Source: Trichodelitschia bisporula
Lineage: Eukaryota
Assembly: GCA_010356995.1 (NCBI GenBank)
Contig: ML996704.1
Location: forward strand, 496,001-560,000
Reading direction: 5' to 3'
Length of the DNA: 64,000 bases
Shown here: piece by piece, positions 15,599 to 27,890 of the stretch
Layout of the letters: every line of letters starts with the position of its first letter
Position numbering within the stretch: position 1 is the first letter of the stretch
Position numbers and translations under genes: made by a program
The notes under the pieces: model-generated
Seen by the model: the letters and a program-made list of their open reading frames with translations, nothing else
Told to the model about the DNA's origin: nothing
Database searches by the model: none

Positions 15599-17331
15599 AT
15601 GGGGCATCTTCTTTGCGGGGCGCGGTTATGGGGTTGCTTCGGAGTCAATGACGGCGCAAGGTTGAGGTTCAAGCATATTGGGTTGGGCTCTGTTGCGGTG
15701 CATATCACGGAGTTACTGGTCTGCACTCTCTGCTCTTTTCCTTGCCGAAGTCCTAAGAGCCTTACCCTGTGCTATGGTATCAAATGCGAATCTCCTATGA
15801 CGGGAACTTCTCTGCTCGACCGTCGTCGCCACCGCGCCCGATTTGTGCATACAAAGTGGAACAGGCCCAGTGAGACTGACAGCAGCCTCGGGGAGGTGCG
15901 GCATTCGGCAGCCTGGGATCCAGACTCGTCATCCTTCCCTTGCCACGGGCCGCTAGGCTGAGAGAGCTGGAACAGGTGGAAGACCTTGGGGAACTGGTCG
16001 GCGTGTCGGACCTCAAGCTTCACTCGCATGTCTCGCTCCTTTCGCCCTACGGTAAGGCAACTGTGCGGCATAAACAAGTGGAAATCGGTTGCACGCAACG
16101 GGAATTGGCTCGCAAGACATGGGAGTCAAGGCAGGAAATGGAGCAAAACGGCCGGGAATCGCACGCTGCAAGCACCAATGTCGTTGCTGGCGCCATGCGC
16201 ATCCCTCCCGGCCTGATGGGCGTTGCGGGTGATTGGCGCGGGGTGTAGAGCGGGGGGATACATTGGTATGCAAGGTGGGTGGAGTGGAGGGGAGGGAATG
16301 GCGGGGAGTGGAGTGGAGCGGAAGGCCTTGGGGGAGGAGAGGACTGGGGAGAAGGAGGGGTATTGGGCTAGGGGTGGGGGTGGGGGTGGAGAAGTGGAGG
16401 AGAGAAAGGCTGACTCTGTTCACTCTTCTTCCTCCCATGGCGAGTCTGATGAGTATTAGGGATGTAGGTGGATTTGGGGATGCTGATGGAGGAGGGATGG
16501 CGGGGTGGCAGGCGGAGGAGAAAATTGATGGTGGCTTGTCGGCCTTGCGCTTCTCTCTTCTCTCTCCTCTTGCATCTTCACACTCCCGCCCAGCCCCGCG
16601 CCATCACCAGCCTTTTCCCGTCTCTCTTCGTCAGCATACATCCGTAGACTATAGTAGCATGAGTTTGAAGTCTCTTTCCATCGAAAATAGCAACTGTCAT
16701 CTAGTCTTTCGCTCCGCCAGTCTCCTCTCCTTCCCCCACTTGTCCCGGCGGGGAGTCTTGGCTCAGTGGTCCGCTGGGCAACCAAAAAGTCGTGGCCCGT
16801 GCTCTCCGCACATAGGCTCTGGCCAATGATACCGGGGTCAAGGTTCTAGCTCTGTTCTCCGGCCGAACCAGCGACAGAGAGAGAGTGAGAAGCAGAGCAC
16901 AAGCCCCCAGACACCGAGCGGAGAGCAAAAGAGTGCGTGAGGGAGAGGAACCGACAACTCTCATCATCACCACTCCCCACCCTCATCCTGCACAACCTAC
17001 CCAAACCCCCACTCCCGGATCGTGCGCAACTATTCTCTCCTCTCTTCCCTTCCATTACGGCTTGCTGTACTGTAGCCCGACTTGCTTCCTTCCTCATAGA
17101 CTCCTATTGTTACCGCCAGCTGAAGCTAGATTCCTGTTTGCGATCCCGTAAACGCACCCAACCCGCTTCAAGTTCACCTTCCCGAACGACGCCGCAGCAA
17201 ACTCCTCCAACCCTACCCACCCTCGATCTCATTCAGCCTCTTGCGAGAGAGCTCTCACAGGCTTCAACCTTTCTCGAGCTGCCAGCTGTCCGTTGCATGC
17301 TGGCAAACCCTCTGCAGCCGTCAGTTTTAGC

Positions 17332-20300
17332 ATGACTGATGCCAATATGAGTGAGTAGCCTTACTCCACCCATAGGTGGCTGCAGCTCCCCAGTTTGCCC
17401 ACTACCCCCACCACGCAGATCTGACGAATTACTTAGACGAACACACGAAGCTCATCAACCTCACGCCGGAGGAGAAACGGCTGTATGGCCAGCTCTTCAA
17501 GCAGGCTGACACAAAGGGCGATAACATTGTGACGGGTGAGATTGCTGTCAAGCTCTTCAACCGGACGCGCCTCTCGGAACATACTCTTGGAGAGGTAATT
17601 GACACCCTTTCCTTTTCTCCACCCTCACTGCTCTAGATTCCACCATAACGAACAGCCGAAGACACAAGGCCGCTAATATAAACCAGATATGGGCAATGGC
17701 AGATACGGAAAACCGCGGCTTCCTGCTGCAGGATGACTTCGCAAAGGCCCTTCGCCTGGTGGCCCACTACCAGGCGCTGCCTGGTCGAACGCTCACGCAA
17801 GAGCTGGCTTTGGAACGTGCGTGTGCCCGCCTCCGTCTTGACTGGAGCTTTGGTTACTAACACCCTTCCGTGTAGCTGCGCCGCCCGGCTTTCCCCAGTT
17901 TGATGGCATCAACCTGCCACCAGGCACCAAGTTTAGCGAGCCGAGCTCCTTCAAGCCTGCCTCTAGCATCCAAGCACAAACTAGCGGCCCGATTCGGGTA
18001 CCGCCGCTCACGCCGGACAAGGTCACACATTATACGCGCTTGTTCGAGCAGGCTGGTGCCCAGAATGGAATCCTGCCCGGTAAGCCTCATCCCCATTCGT
18101 TTGGTCGCCTTCGGGTGTGTCGTTAGGGCTGTCTAGTCGATATGCAGACGGACTATTCCTCACAGCAGTCACCCGTTGCGAACATACAAGTTACTGTTCA
18201 GATTGCTAACTGTCGGCAGGTGAGGTTGCGCGAAGCTTCTTTGAGCGGTGGGAGCTGCCGACCGATGTGCTCGCGCACGTTTGGAATCTCGCCGATACCG
18301 AGCAGAGGAGTGCACTGTCTTTGACAGAGTTTATCATTGCCATGCACCTGTTGTCTTCATACAAGAGCCGTGTCTTGCCGATCCTTCCGCAGGCCCTGCC
18401 GCAGGGTCTGTTTGAAGCGGCTTCGAGGCGTCCTGCTACTGTGCCAAACCGGCAGGTCGGCATCGGACGTCCAGAGGCGTCTTCGCTCCCTCGGCAGTTT
18501 AGCGGCTCCAATGCTCGCAACTCAAGCCCGCTTGCCCGTCCGCCATACACGGCTCCGCCCGCCAACGATTGGCTCATCGGTCCCCCGGAGAAGGCGAGCT
18601 TCGATGAGCTCTTCGACAAGGTCGACACGCAGCACCTCGGTTTCATCACCGGTCAACAGGCCGTAGAGTTCTTCTCCCAGTCCGAGCTACCGTCCGAGGT
18701 GTTGGCGTCCATCTGGGATCTGTCAAACATCCGGCAACTGGACCAGCTGAACCGGGACGAGTTTGCCGTTGCCATGTATCTGATTCGCGACCAGCGGGGG
18801 AAGGCCAAGCCCGACCTTCCGACCAAGCTGCCGCCGAATCTTTACCCCCCGAGCCTGCGGCATCTGGTGCAGCAGGGACCTCCGTTGCCCGGAGCTCCTC
18901 CCCAAGCTCCGGTGCCCAAGTCTGCTACCGAGGATCTCTTTGGCCTAGACGCCCTTCAGTCTTCGCCGACGGCCCCTGTCAAGCAGCAGACCACAGGCGG
19001 ATCCGGCTCGTTTGCGCGCGCCTTTGATGCCGATCCGTTTGCCAACAAAACATCCTCGCCTACATCTCCTGGATTTCCCGCTCCGCGTGGGCCGCAGTCC
19101 CACTTCAAGCCATTTGTTCCTACGTCTTCCTTTGGCCAGAACTTAACGTCGCAGTCAACTGGCGCCTCGGCGACTTCGTCGACCGTGCAGAGTCGCGATC
19201 TCAAGCCGTCTGCTATGGATGACCTGCTTGGTGACACCGACCCCGAAGTCAGCAAGAAGCTTACCGCCGAGACTACCGAGGTGGCCAATCTTTCCAATCA
19301 GTTCGGAACTCTGCGGACGCAGATGCAGGAAATTCAAAACAAGAAGGTGGCCACTGAGACTGATCTCAAGAGCACCAGCACCCAGAAGCGGGACCTTGAG
19401 CTTCGTCTTGCCCAGTTCCGGAGCCAATACGAGCAAGAACTCAAGTCTTACAAGGCTCTCGACGAGCAGCTCAATTCTCTCCGTGGAGAGACTTTCAGGC
19501 TGCAGCGTGAGCTTGCCATGCTGGAGGCCTCTTACCAAGACTTGCAGGCTCAGCACCGCCAAACCTCGCAGTCTCTTGAGACTGACCGCCGCGAGAATTC
19601 GAGCCTGAAGGAGCGTATGCGTCAAATCAACGCTGAAATTCAACAGCTGCGTCCTCAGCTCGACAAGATGCGCATGGATTCTCGGCATGAAAAGGGGCTG
19701 GTTTCGATCAACAAGAAGCAGCTTGAGAAGAGCGAGGATGAGCGCAACAAGATCAAGAAAGAGATGGAGACCTACAGCAAGACCACGCAGGACGTTCGTA
19801 GTTCATCAACTGATTCTCGCGTCAGCCCTGCGCCGTCAAGCACCAGCCAGAGCACCAACCCCTTCTTCCGCCGCTCCCCTCAGCCTACGTTTGACAACAG
19901 CATGACTCCGTCCGGCTTCGCAGCTGCCACTCAGCCTCCACAGAAGGAGCCGGCTCAGTTCGACAATATCTTTGGTCCTTCCTTTACGCCGCCGAGCACT
20001 TCTCCGTCCACTACCTTCCGCCCTGATGCCTTCAACAGTCTTGCTGGCTCCAAGCCGGCGGAATCGGAAACAACGGAGCATGATGTCCCGACGCCCTCCA
20101 CTTCGCCGCATCTGTCACAGCAGGACTCTCCCCGTGTCGAAGCTTTGCCCCCGGCCACGCGTCAGATGTCATCTCGGGATCTCCCTATTCGGGAGCCGTT
20201 CCGTGGCAACGAGCCATCCTCCACTGGAACTCGCGGCGAGACTCCCACTAGCCGATTTGGCCCGTCTGGCAACGAAACCCCAACCAATGCTGGCTCCTCG

Positions 20301-22099
20301 TCTCCTAGGCAGCGTGGTCTAGAGCGGACCGAGAGCAAGAACGAAACGAGCACTGGTGCCGCCATGTTTGACCGTCCTTCCAACACATCCCCGGTTGCCA
20401 GCACCACCAGCGCCGGCTCTCGTGGCCCTGCTGCTAAACAGGTCGACCACAACGACTTCTTCCGCACCATCAGCCATCCTCGCGAAGCTCCAGGTGCCTT
20501 CCCAGATACGCCCCCTGTGCGCCAGGACGTGACTGGAGAGAGTGGTTTCAGCGAACGCAGCAAGGGCTCTGGTCGTCCGTCGGAGTCCGGCTTCGGTTCC
20601 TCCCGGGCTGATCCGTTTGCATTCCCTGGTCCGCCTAGCAACCGTCCAACGGCAGCCACTACTGCTGACTTTGATGCCGTCTTCGCCGGTGTTGGCAACC
20701 AGAAGCAGGGTGCGCGGCGCGGTGCCGCTTCATCCCCTGTCAGCAACCAGCTTGACAGCGAATTCCCGCCCATCCAGGTGCGCGAGGAAGACAGCGACAC
20801 CAACAGCGAGCATGGGTTTGAGGACGACTTTACGCAGGTCTCGCCGCAACACCAGCGGAAGAAGAGCCAAAACCAGAAGCAGCAGCAGCGTGCTGCTGGC
20901 GGCGAGAACACAGCCGCCGGTCGTCCTACCACCGCGCAGACTTCGTCCACTGCCGCTGACTTTGCTCCGCCGCCGAGTGTCAACGCACAGAAGTCTCCTC
21001 CTGGGTACGAATCAGCAACAGCAGGCAACAAGGACGCCTCGCATTTCCCTCTGGAGTTCGGTGGCCTGTTGCCGTCCCGCGAGAACCCCCTTCCGGCATC
21101 CGCGAGCCAGTCTCCCGAGCGCACTTTCGCTCAGCCTGCCGCGCCCGTTGGCCACGGAGCTTCCCTCTTTGGTAGCTCTGGACCTTCTAACGCTAAGTCC
21201 GCGGCACCTGCTCCTCAGTCCAATGTTTTCGCTGCCGCCAGCCCCGTTACTGGAACCCCTGCTAGTACTGTGCAGTCCGACGCGTACCACAGCGCCGTGT
21301 CCCACCCATCCACAGATAAGGCTTCGCCTTCGTCGATTCACCAAACCCTCTCGCAGGGTCAGAACACTAAGGCTAGCTCGTCGACCGCCGCAGCCTCAGG
21401 CGCGGGTCAGAGTACGTACAGCGATGATTTTGACCATGGTTTCGATGACCTGGCTGAAGCAAAGGAGGATGATGACCGCGCGGACGATGACTTCATGTTT
21501 GACTCTGCCGCACACGAAGGGTTCGACGAGTTCAACCCCGCCTTTGACTCCCCCGCTGCGTCCAAGAGCAACACCATGGCCAGCGAGCGCGTTGGCCCTG
21601 CGGGCCACTCGAATGCGAAAGGCTTTTCGCCCGACGACGCGTTTGGCGAGTTCGACTTCGGCGGCAAGAGCGCTGCCAGCGCGCAGAAGGCGGCGCAGAA
21701 TGATTGGGATGCCATGCTCAAGGGCTTTTCTGGGGGCGGGCCTGCTATCGGCGGCGTCGTCGTCCCGGGCTCGTCGCAGCAGGGCGCTGACCTGAGCAAC
21801 GCGTTCGGCAACTCTAGCGGCAAGGGTGCGGAGAAGGCGTTCGGCGGGGAGAGCAGCGATAGCCTCTTTCCCGAGGCCCCGGAACCTCCCAAGCTGGGCC
21901 GCGCGCTGAGCGAGGGGACGGAGCATGATGATCCCATCTTGAAGCGGTTGACGACCATGGGGTACCCGCGGCCGGCGGCGCTGGGTGCTCTGGAGAAGTA
22001 TGACTATGATTTCGAGAAGGTAGGCTGATTGATAGTGGGTGGGGGCTGTTGAGTGCTAATGCGTTGCGATAGGCGCTGGAGTATCTTCAGCCGCGGTAG
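17332..22099 (+). CDS. EDE1: EH-domain endocytic scaffold EDE1/Eps15 (3 EH domains, coiled coil, UBA); 5 introns
   Basis: EH repeats (IWAMAD, VWNLAD, IWDLSN...EFAVAMYLI), a long coiled coil, NPF/DPF motifs and a C-terminal UBA (LTTMGYPR..AL.ALEK|ALEYL). Last intron 22020-22072. Confidence 0.92.
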
Positions 22100-22674
22100 G
22101 GTTTCCTTTGTGTGAGCCTGGTTCGAGACTGCTTGACGAGATGGGGGAGCGTTGAAGCGATTTGTGGATAAAATTGCATTCAGCGGAGGGGTCTTCTGTT
22201 CTAGGGGGGTGCATTTGTGTCTGGTTCTCATCCTGGGCGTGTCTGCAGAGCGAGCGGCGGGGGGACAGCTGCATCAGGGTGAGGATTGGTGACGCTGTTG
22301 CGGTATCTGCTTTCTGAGCTTCTTGTTCTGTGGAATGCTGGCGACGGGAAAGCGAGCGAGCTTTTGACGGTCTTTGAGTGAAGTTTTCTGCTCGTTGTTA
22401 AGGATTACTGGGTGTAACGTGTGGTGTATCTTGAGATGGATGGGATGGCCGTGGTTTTCTCATCTTCTGATTCGGATTGTAGCTTTGGTGATGGCGGTGG
22501 CATATTCGGTGGCGGGGCAGGGCTTTCGAGTGTAGTGTAGGCAGTGATGGTATGACAATCTACTCTTTGAGAGCTTGCAGTTTGGTGTATGCCAATGTGC
22601 TTCCAATGCCAGTTTTGGTTGCCATAATGCTTCATAAACTATCATGCTACGGAGCTTTTACATGGTGCACATCC

Positions 22675-23823
22675 CTACGCATCACCCCAAACCTCCTTCG
22701 CAATCTCCACCTCCAGACGCACTTTAGCCCACTGCTCCTCCTCGCTCAGCTCATTGCCCTCCTGCGTAGAGCTAAAGCCGCACTGGTGACTCAAACACAG
22801 CTGCTCCAGGCCCTTGGGACAAACCTTCGCCGCCTCATGCAAGCGCTGAATGATAGTAGCCTTATCATCCAGCTGCGGCAGCTTGCTCGACATAAGCCCG
22901 AGCACCACAACCTTATGCTCCGGCAAAAACCGCAACGGCGCAAAATCCCCACTCCGCGCATCATCATACTCCAGAAAATACGCATCAACATTCAGTTCTT
23001 GAAACAGCACTTCGGCAACAGGCTCATACCCACCGCTCGCAAACCACTGACTGCGATAATTGCCCCGGCACAGGTGAATCCCGATCTTGAGGTCTTCAGG
23101 CTTGCCCTCCAGCGCCGCGTTTATCAGTGCGGCGTACCGCCTCGTAAGCTCCGCGGCGCTGAACCGGTCCCGCGCCGCGACGTCCGCGCGCATCTTTGGG
23201 TCGCATAGGTAGGCTAGGTTCGTGTCGTCGAGCTGCACGAAGCGCGCGCCCGCGGCATACAGCGCTGCCAGTTCTGCGCGGTACGCGGCCGCGAGGTCGG
23301 CGAAGAAATCCTCGACGTCCGGGTACGCGCTAATGTCGATGCTCGCGCGGCCGCCGCGGAAGTGCACCATCGTCGGGGATGGGATGCAGACCTTAGGCGT
23401 AGCCCGCACATCGCCTCCCTGCGCCGAGGCCGCATCTTTAATCGCCTGGGCTAGGAACTCATAGTCGGCGACTTGAATCGGCTGGTCATGGGCCAGTTTC
23501 CCAGTCACGACGAGGCGCGGCGGCGCAAAGCCCTCGGTATGGGTCGCGGTGGAGGCGATTTGCCCCTTGGCTTCGACGCCGCGGAGTCGCTGGAGGAAGT
23601 CGATGTGGAAGTAGGCGCGGCGGAATTCGCCGTCGGTGGGGGAGCGGAGGCCCGCGGCGAGTTGGGCGGTTACGACGGTTTTGATGTGCGCGTCTTCGAT
23701 GGACCGGAGTTGGTCGGGGGTGATGGTACCGGATTGGAAGGCGGAGCGGGCTTCCTTCAGGGCGGGGGGGCGGAGGAAGGAGCCGACGTGGTCGGCGCGG
23801 TAGACGCCGGGGGGGAGGGGCAT
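22675..23823 (-). CDS. Cobalamin-independent methionine synthase catalytic-domain-only protein (Meth_synt_2; YxjH/MesD-like), intronless
   Basis: RADHVGSFLRP, TDGEFRR and QLDD, with Zn ligands in HLCRGN, FLEYD and HQCGF. It is 382 aa and lacks the N-terminal MetE barrel. Confidence 0.9.
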   Translation of the reverse strand: MPLPPGVYRADHVGSFLRPPALKEARSAFQSGTITPDQLRSIEDAHIKTVVTAQLAAGLRSPTDGEFRRAYFHIDFLQRLRGVEAKGQIASTATHTEGFAPPRLVVTGKLAHDQPIQVADYEFLAQAIKDAASAQGGDVRATPKVCIPSPTMVHFRGGRASIDISAYPDVEDFFADLAAAYRAELAALYAAGARFVQLDDTNLAYLCDPKMRADVAARDRFSAAELTRRYAALINAALEGKPEDLKIGIHLCRGNYRSQWFASGGYEPVAEVLFQELNVDAYFLEYDDARSGDFAPLRFLPEHKVVVLGLMSSKLPQLDDKATIIQRLHEAAKVCPKGLEQLCLSHQCGFSSTQEGNELSEEEQWAKVRLEVEIAKEVWGDA

Positions 23824-24503
23824 TGTGGGCGGTTTGGAGACTGAATGGGGTGGGAGGTTGGATGTGGGGGAAGCTGGGAGGGAGTGTTAATGGTGTTCAT
23901 GGTGGGGGATGGTGAGCTCTTTTAAGGGCCGGGCTAGAGGCGGCAGCTGGGGCAATTGGGTCGCCGGATGATGATCCTCGGCTCATGGTTGCTTCTATGG
24001 AGGGGCTGGATGCAAGAGAAACGAGGATTTGGGAGAGTGCGAGATGCTCTCCGCCTCGTTCTTTTGCGACGTTAAGCCGTAACCCCAGATGAAGATGCGC
24101 CTTATGCCCTTTTGGGACTGGACAGTGAGCCACCGTCGGCAGTTGTGCCCGGAGGTCGGATTGATGCCTTATTTGACCTTTTGATGCCTTATTGAATACT
24201 TTCATCACGTGATGACGTAACTTGAACGTCCACGAGAAGTCGCGTGTGACCGAATCCTTGGTGATTCAGGTACACCTTCCATCTGGTCTACATTCCTTCC
24301 ATAATTTCTCTTGACTCTTGCTACATCCGACTTTGCCCTCGAATGCAACCGTCCCTCTCTGGTACTGACAAGCAACCATTTCATTTGCTCAACCATGAGG
24401 CAAGTTTATGCTTTTGATATCTTGTAATAGGTGATCGGACACTGACATGTTAAGCCCTGAGCCCTCGTACTAAGCCTCTCTTGCTCCTGACATTCGCTCC
24501 ACC

Positions 24504-26263
24504 ATGTCTGATTCTGACAACGACTTCGTCGCTTCCGACTCCGAAAATGAAGTCCCTCGTTCTTCCACCCGTCGTTCTGGCCCATCAGGGTCCTCCTCCA
24601 CGCGTCCAGGCAAGCGTGATGCACGTGGGTCAAGACGACGGGAGAGGTGGGAAGCCGACATAAAGGATCGAGCCCAGCAAACCGCCGAGGAGATGGTGAA
24701 TGTGGATGCCCGGAGATTCGCTCGAGACATGGCGCTCTCGATAGAGGGGAGGAAGAGAGAGAGGTAAGTCCTTTCGTAACTTGAATGCTTCCGCGGTTTG
24801 GAGTCTTCTGGCTTGGAAATAATGTACCGTGGCAATCCGTGGACATGTCTTCTATGGCAGCAATGGTTCGGTTTGCGTGTTGTTTGCATTCAACTGCGGT
24901 ACGAAGGTTGCCGCCGGCAACTTCCACGTTGCTGCGAGTTACGGGCCGTATATGGCGGTTCTATTCATTGAATGTGGTTACTTTGCATCTCCCCTTCAAT
25001 ATACACACAACTATATACTTACCATTTTTCCAAACCAGACTCTCAGGAAATACGCAACCCGTCCAGCGAGGCATCATGCGCAGCGTCGTCTTCGTCCTCG
25101 ACGTCTCCGATGTTATGCTCGAAAAGGACTTCAAGCCAACACGCTACGTCGTGCTTATCCGCGCCGCCACGAAATTCGTCACCGACTTCTTCGACGAGAA
25201 TCCGCTTGCTCAGCTTGCTCTGGTGGCCATGTACGACGGCCGGGCGCTGACGCTGAGCAGCCTCTCCTCAAATCCCCAGGACCATTTCGCCGCCCTGACC
25301 GAGCTCCGCCAATCCCGCGAACCGAAGGGCTCGCCTTCCCTTCAAAACGCCCTCGAAATGGCTCGGGCAATGCTCCACCACATCCCCACACACGCCACCC
25401 GCGAAGTCATTATCACCCTCGGCGCGCTCTACACCCTAGACCCAGGCGACATCCACGAAACAATCCGGCACTGCGCCAAAGACAAGCTCCGCGTTACTAT
25501 CATCGGTCTAGACGCACAAATCAAGATCTGCAGCGACATCGTCAAGGCCACAAACTCCGGCGACGAAAGCACCTACACCGTCGCCCTCGATCAAGACCAC
25601 TTCGCCGAGCTCACACGCGCAGCCATCGCCCCACCCATCATCCGCCGCTCCGACCAATCCTCCACCACCGTTCCCGCCACTCTCATCCCCATGGGCTTCC
25701 CCTCGCGCTTCGTCGACCCGACCGCCAGCCTGTGCGCCTGCCATTCCAAGCCTACGCGCGACGGCTACCGCTGTCCGAGATGCGAGTCCAAGGTGTGCGC
25801 ACTTCCCGTCGTGTGTCCCGCCTGCAACCTCAGTCTCGTCCAGAGCACGCATCTCGCGCGCTCGTACCACCATCTCAACCCCCTACCAGCATACAAGGAG
25901 GTGAGCTGGGTGCGGGCGCGCGAGGTGGGGAGCCGAGCGTGCGAGGCGTGTTTCACACCCTTCCCCCCTGTTCCGTCGGAGGAAGAGATGGCTGGAGAGG
26001 CGATGACTGGGAATGAGGAGCGTTTTGCGAGTCAGAGCAGCCGGTATGAGTGCCCTAGGTGTGAGACGCATTATTGCGTGGACTGTGATGTGTTTTCTCA
26101 TAATGAGTTGCATTTTTGTCCGATTTGTGCGGCGACGGGGAGGGGGAATGGGAATGAGGTTGAGAATGGGGTTGGAAATGGGGCTGGGATGGGAGTTGGG
26201 ACTGATGGGAATGGGGTCGTGGGCGAGCCGATGGATACCACACGAGCGTCTCGTAGAATTTAG
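24504..26263 (+). CDS. SSL1: TFIIH p44 subunit SSL1; intron 24764-25038
   Basis: PVQRGIMR-vWA domain (EKDFKPTR, F.ENPLAQL, GSPSLQNALE, DPGDIHETI), MGFP, a C4 zinc finger and a C-terminal C1-like finger. Confidence 0.95.
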
Positions 26264-26920
26264 ACAGCGGCGTCTGTAATCCGTAATGGTCATGGTCACG
26301 TTGGTCCTGGGCCGTTCTTGAATGGAGGACGTTATGGTGGTCCTCTGAAAGTATGATGATATTCAGACGTCTACTGAGGAGGTATCGCCGAATAGCTGCA
26401 GCCCTTTGACGGATGGTCTCTATAGCAAAGTCGCATTGCTGTTACATTGGCATTGATGCAATGTCAAGGCTGACCGGAATAGCTCTGCGTCCCCACACGT
26501 CCCACATTCCGCCTTCCGTATCGCCCGCCATCATCAGCGTCCCAGTAGAGGACTTAGCAGTCCCGTTGCAAGGTATTTTATCGGCTTGGATGCCGCACTA
26601 GGGCCATACCGTGATGTGGACTTAAAGCAGGAGCAATGATATGCCAGGGAGGAGTATTCTTATCCAATGGAGGAACATGATGTAATGTGATCATGATAGA
26701 AGGAAGGAGCATATGAGGCTAATCGGAACTATATATTTGGTCTCAAGAGTCTCTTCCTTTCTTCCTCTCTTTACCTTTACTTCAATCTTCAGGTTGCACA
26801 GTTATCTTTGCACGTGTTAGAGCCTATGCTCCCATTATACTGGGCCGCGATGCGTGTCCCGAAGTATGCGGCTATATCACATCGTCCTCATAGCCACCAC
26901 AGAAGAGAGTTCTTTGCCGC

Positions 26921-27607
26921 TTGACTGTGTTTCAACTCGGATATCTGATAGGAACATCCGCGGTCGAGAATAGCGTAATTTACTGTACGGTTGGGGGGGA
27001 GGGCAGTGTACAGAGTAAGAATGATGAAGGAAGTGGATATGAATGGTCAGTGTTAGCTGTTGGGCCTGGAAACCCTCCATCAAGAACACCGCAGCTGGAG
27101 CCTGATGGCACGCAACGCACGACAAGCGCACTTTTCACGCAGGACTTTCGCCTTTACGCTTCGCTACGCACTCACCGCACCTCCATGACGACACCACTTT
27201 TGAAAGAGCTTATGGTATTCATTGCCTCACGTGTGGATAAGCTGTTCGATGTACCCTGCTGGAAGAGTCTCCCAGGGCCACGACTATCCGATTTTGAGCT
27301 CGAGGTGGAGGAAGACTATACAACGCTGTGCGATTTCTTGACTGAGCTCGAAAAACGGCAAGAGGCCGGCAATCAGAGGCTAGATGCTCCGATCATCATT
27401 AAGCTCAGCGAATGCACCAAGCTCTCCAAGGAACTCTATACCTATGTTATGGGTCTGAACAAACACCGTTGGTGTACGTCCCACGAGTGGGAAAGGTTGA
27501 ACGATATGTCTCGTGAGATTGCCCTTTCTCTTTGGAGGTTAAGACAAAGAATAGCTAGAAACTTGGTAAGCGGCTGTCACGAACCGTGGATTACTCGTAG
27601 TGGCTAA
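26921..27607 (+). CDS. Hypothetical protein, orphan-like; structure uncertain
   Basis: 228-codon open frame with a helical-looking C-terminal half and a GTAAGC donor near 27566. No recognisable domain. Confidence 0.3.
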   Translation: MTVFQLGYLIGTSAVENSVIYCTVGGEGSVQSKNDEGSGYEWSVLAVGPGNPPSRTPQLEPDGTQRTTSALFTQDFRLYASLRTHRTSMTTPLLKELMVFIASRVDKLFDVPCWKSLPGPRLSDFELEVEEDYTTLCDFLTELEKRQEAGNQRLDAPIIIKLSECTKLSKELYTYVMGLNKHRWCTSHEWERLNDMSREIALSLWRLRQRIARNLVSGCHEPWITRSG

Positions 27608-27890
27608 AGCAGGTTTAGAGGTCTTACTTGCTAAACAGAAGAGAGAATTTGGATTCTGAAAGTCGTGAGATGATGAGAGATTGGACAGGAGAATAAGTGA
27701 TGGCTACAAAGGGCTGAGGGGGTTGTGATATCACACTTAGGTCGTTGAGGGCCTTACGGAAGGAAGGGGCGAATAGGCTGATTGTCTCGCGGGAATGTTT
27801 AGGCCTCATTCTATTTGAGGTACTAAAGTTGAACCACAACTTGAAGCCAATGCATTCTGGTACGGTGCCCGAGCAGCTGTTTTACTCAAG

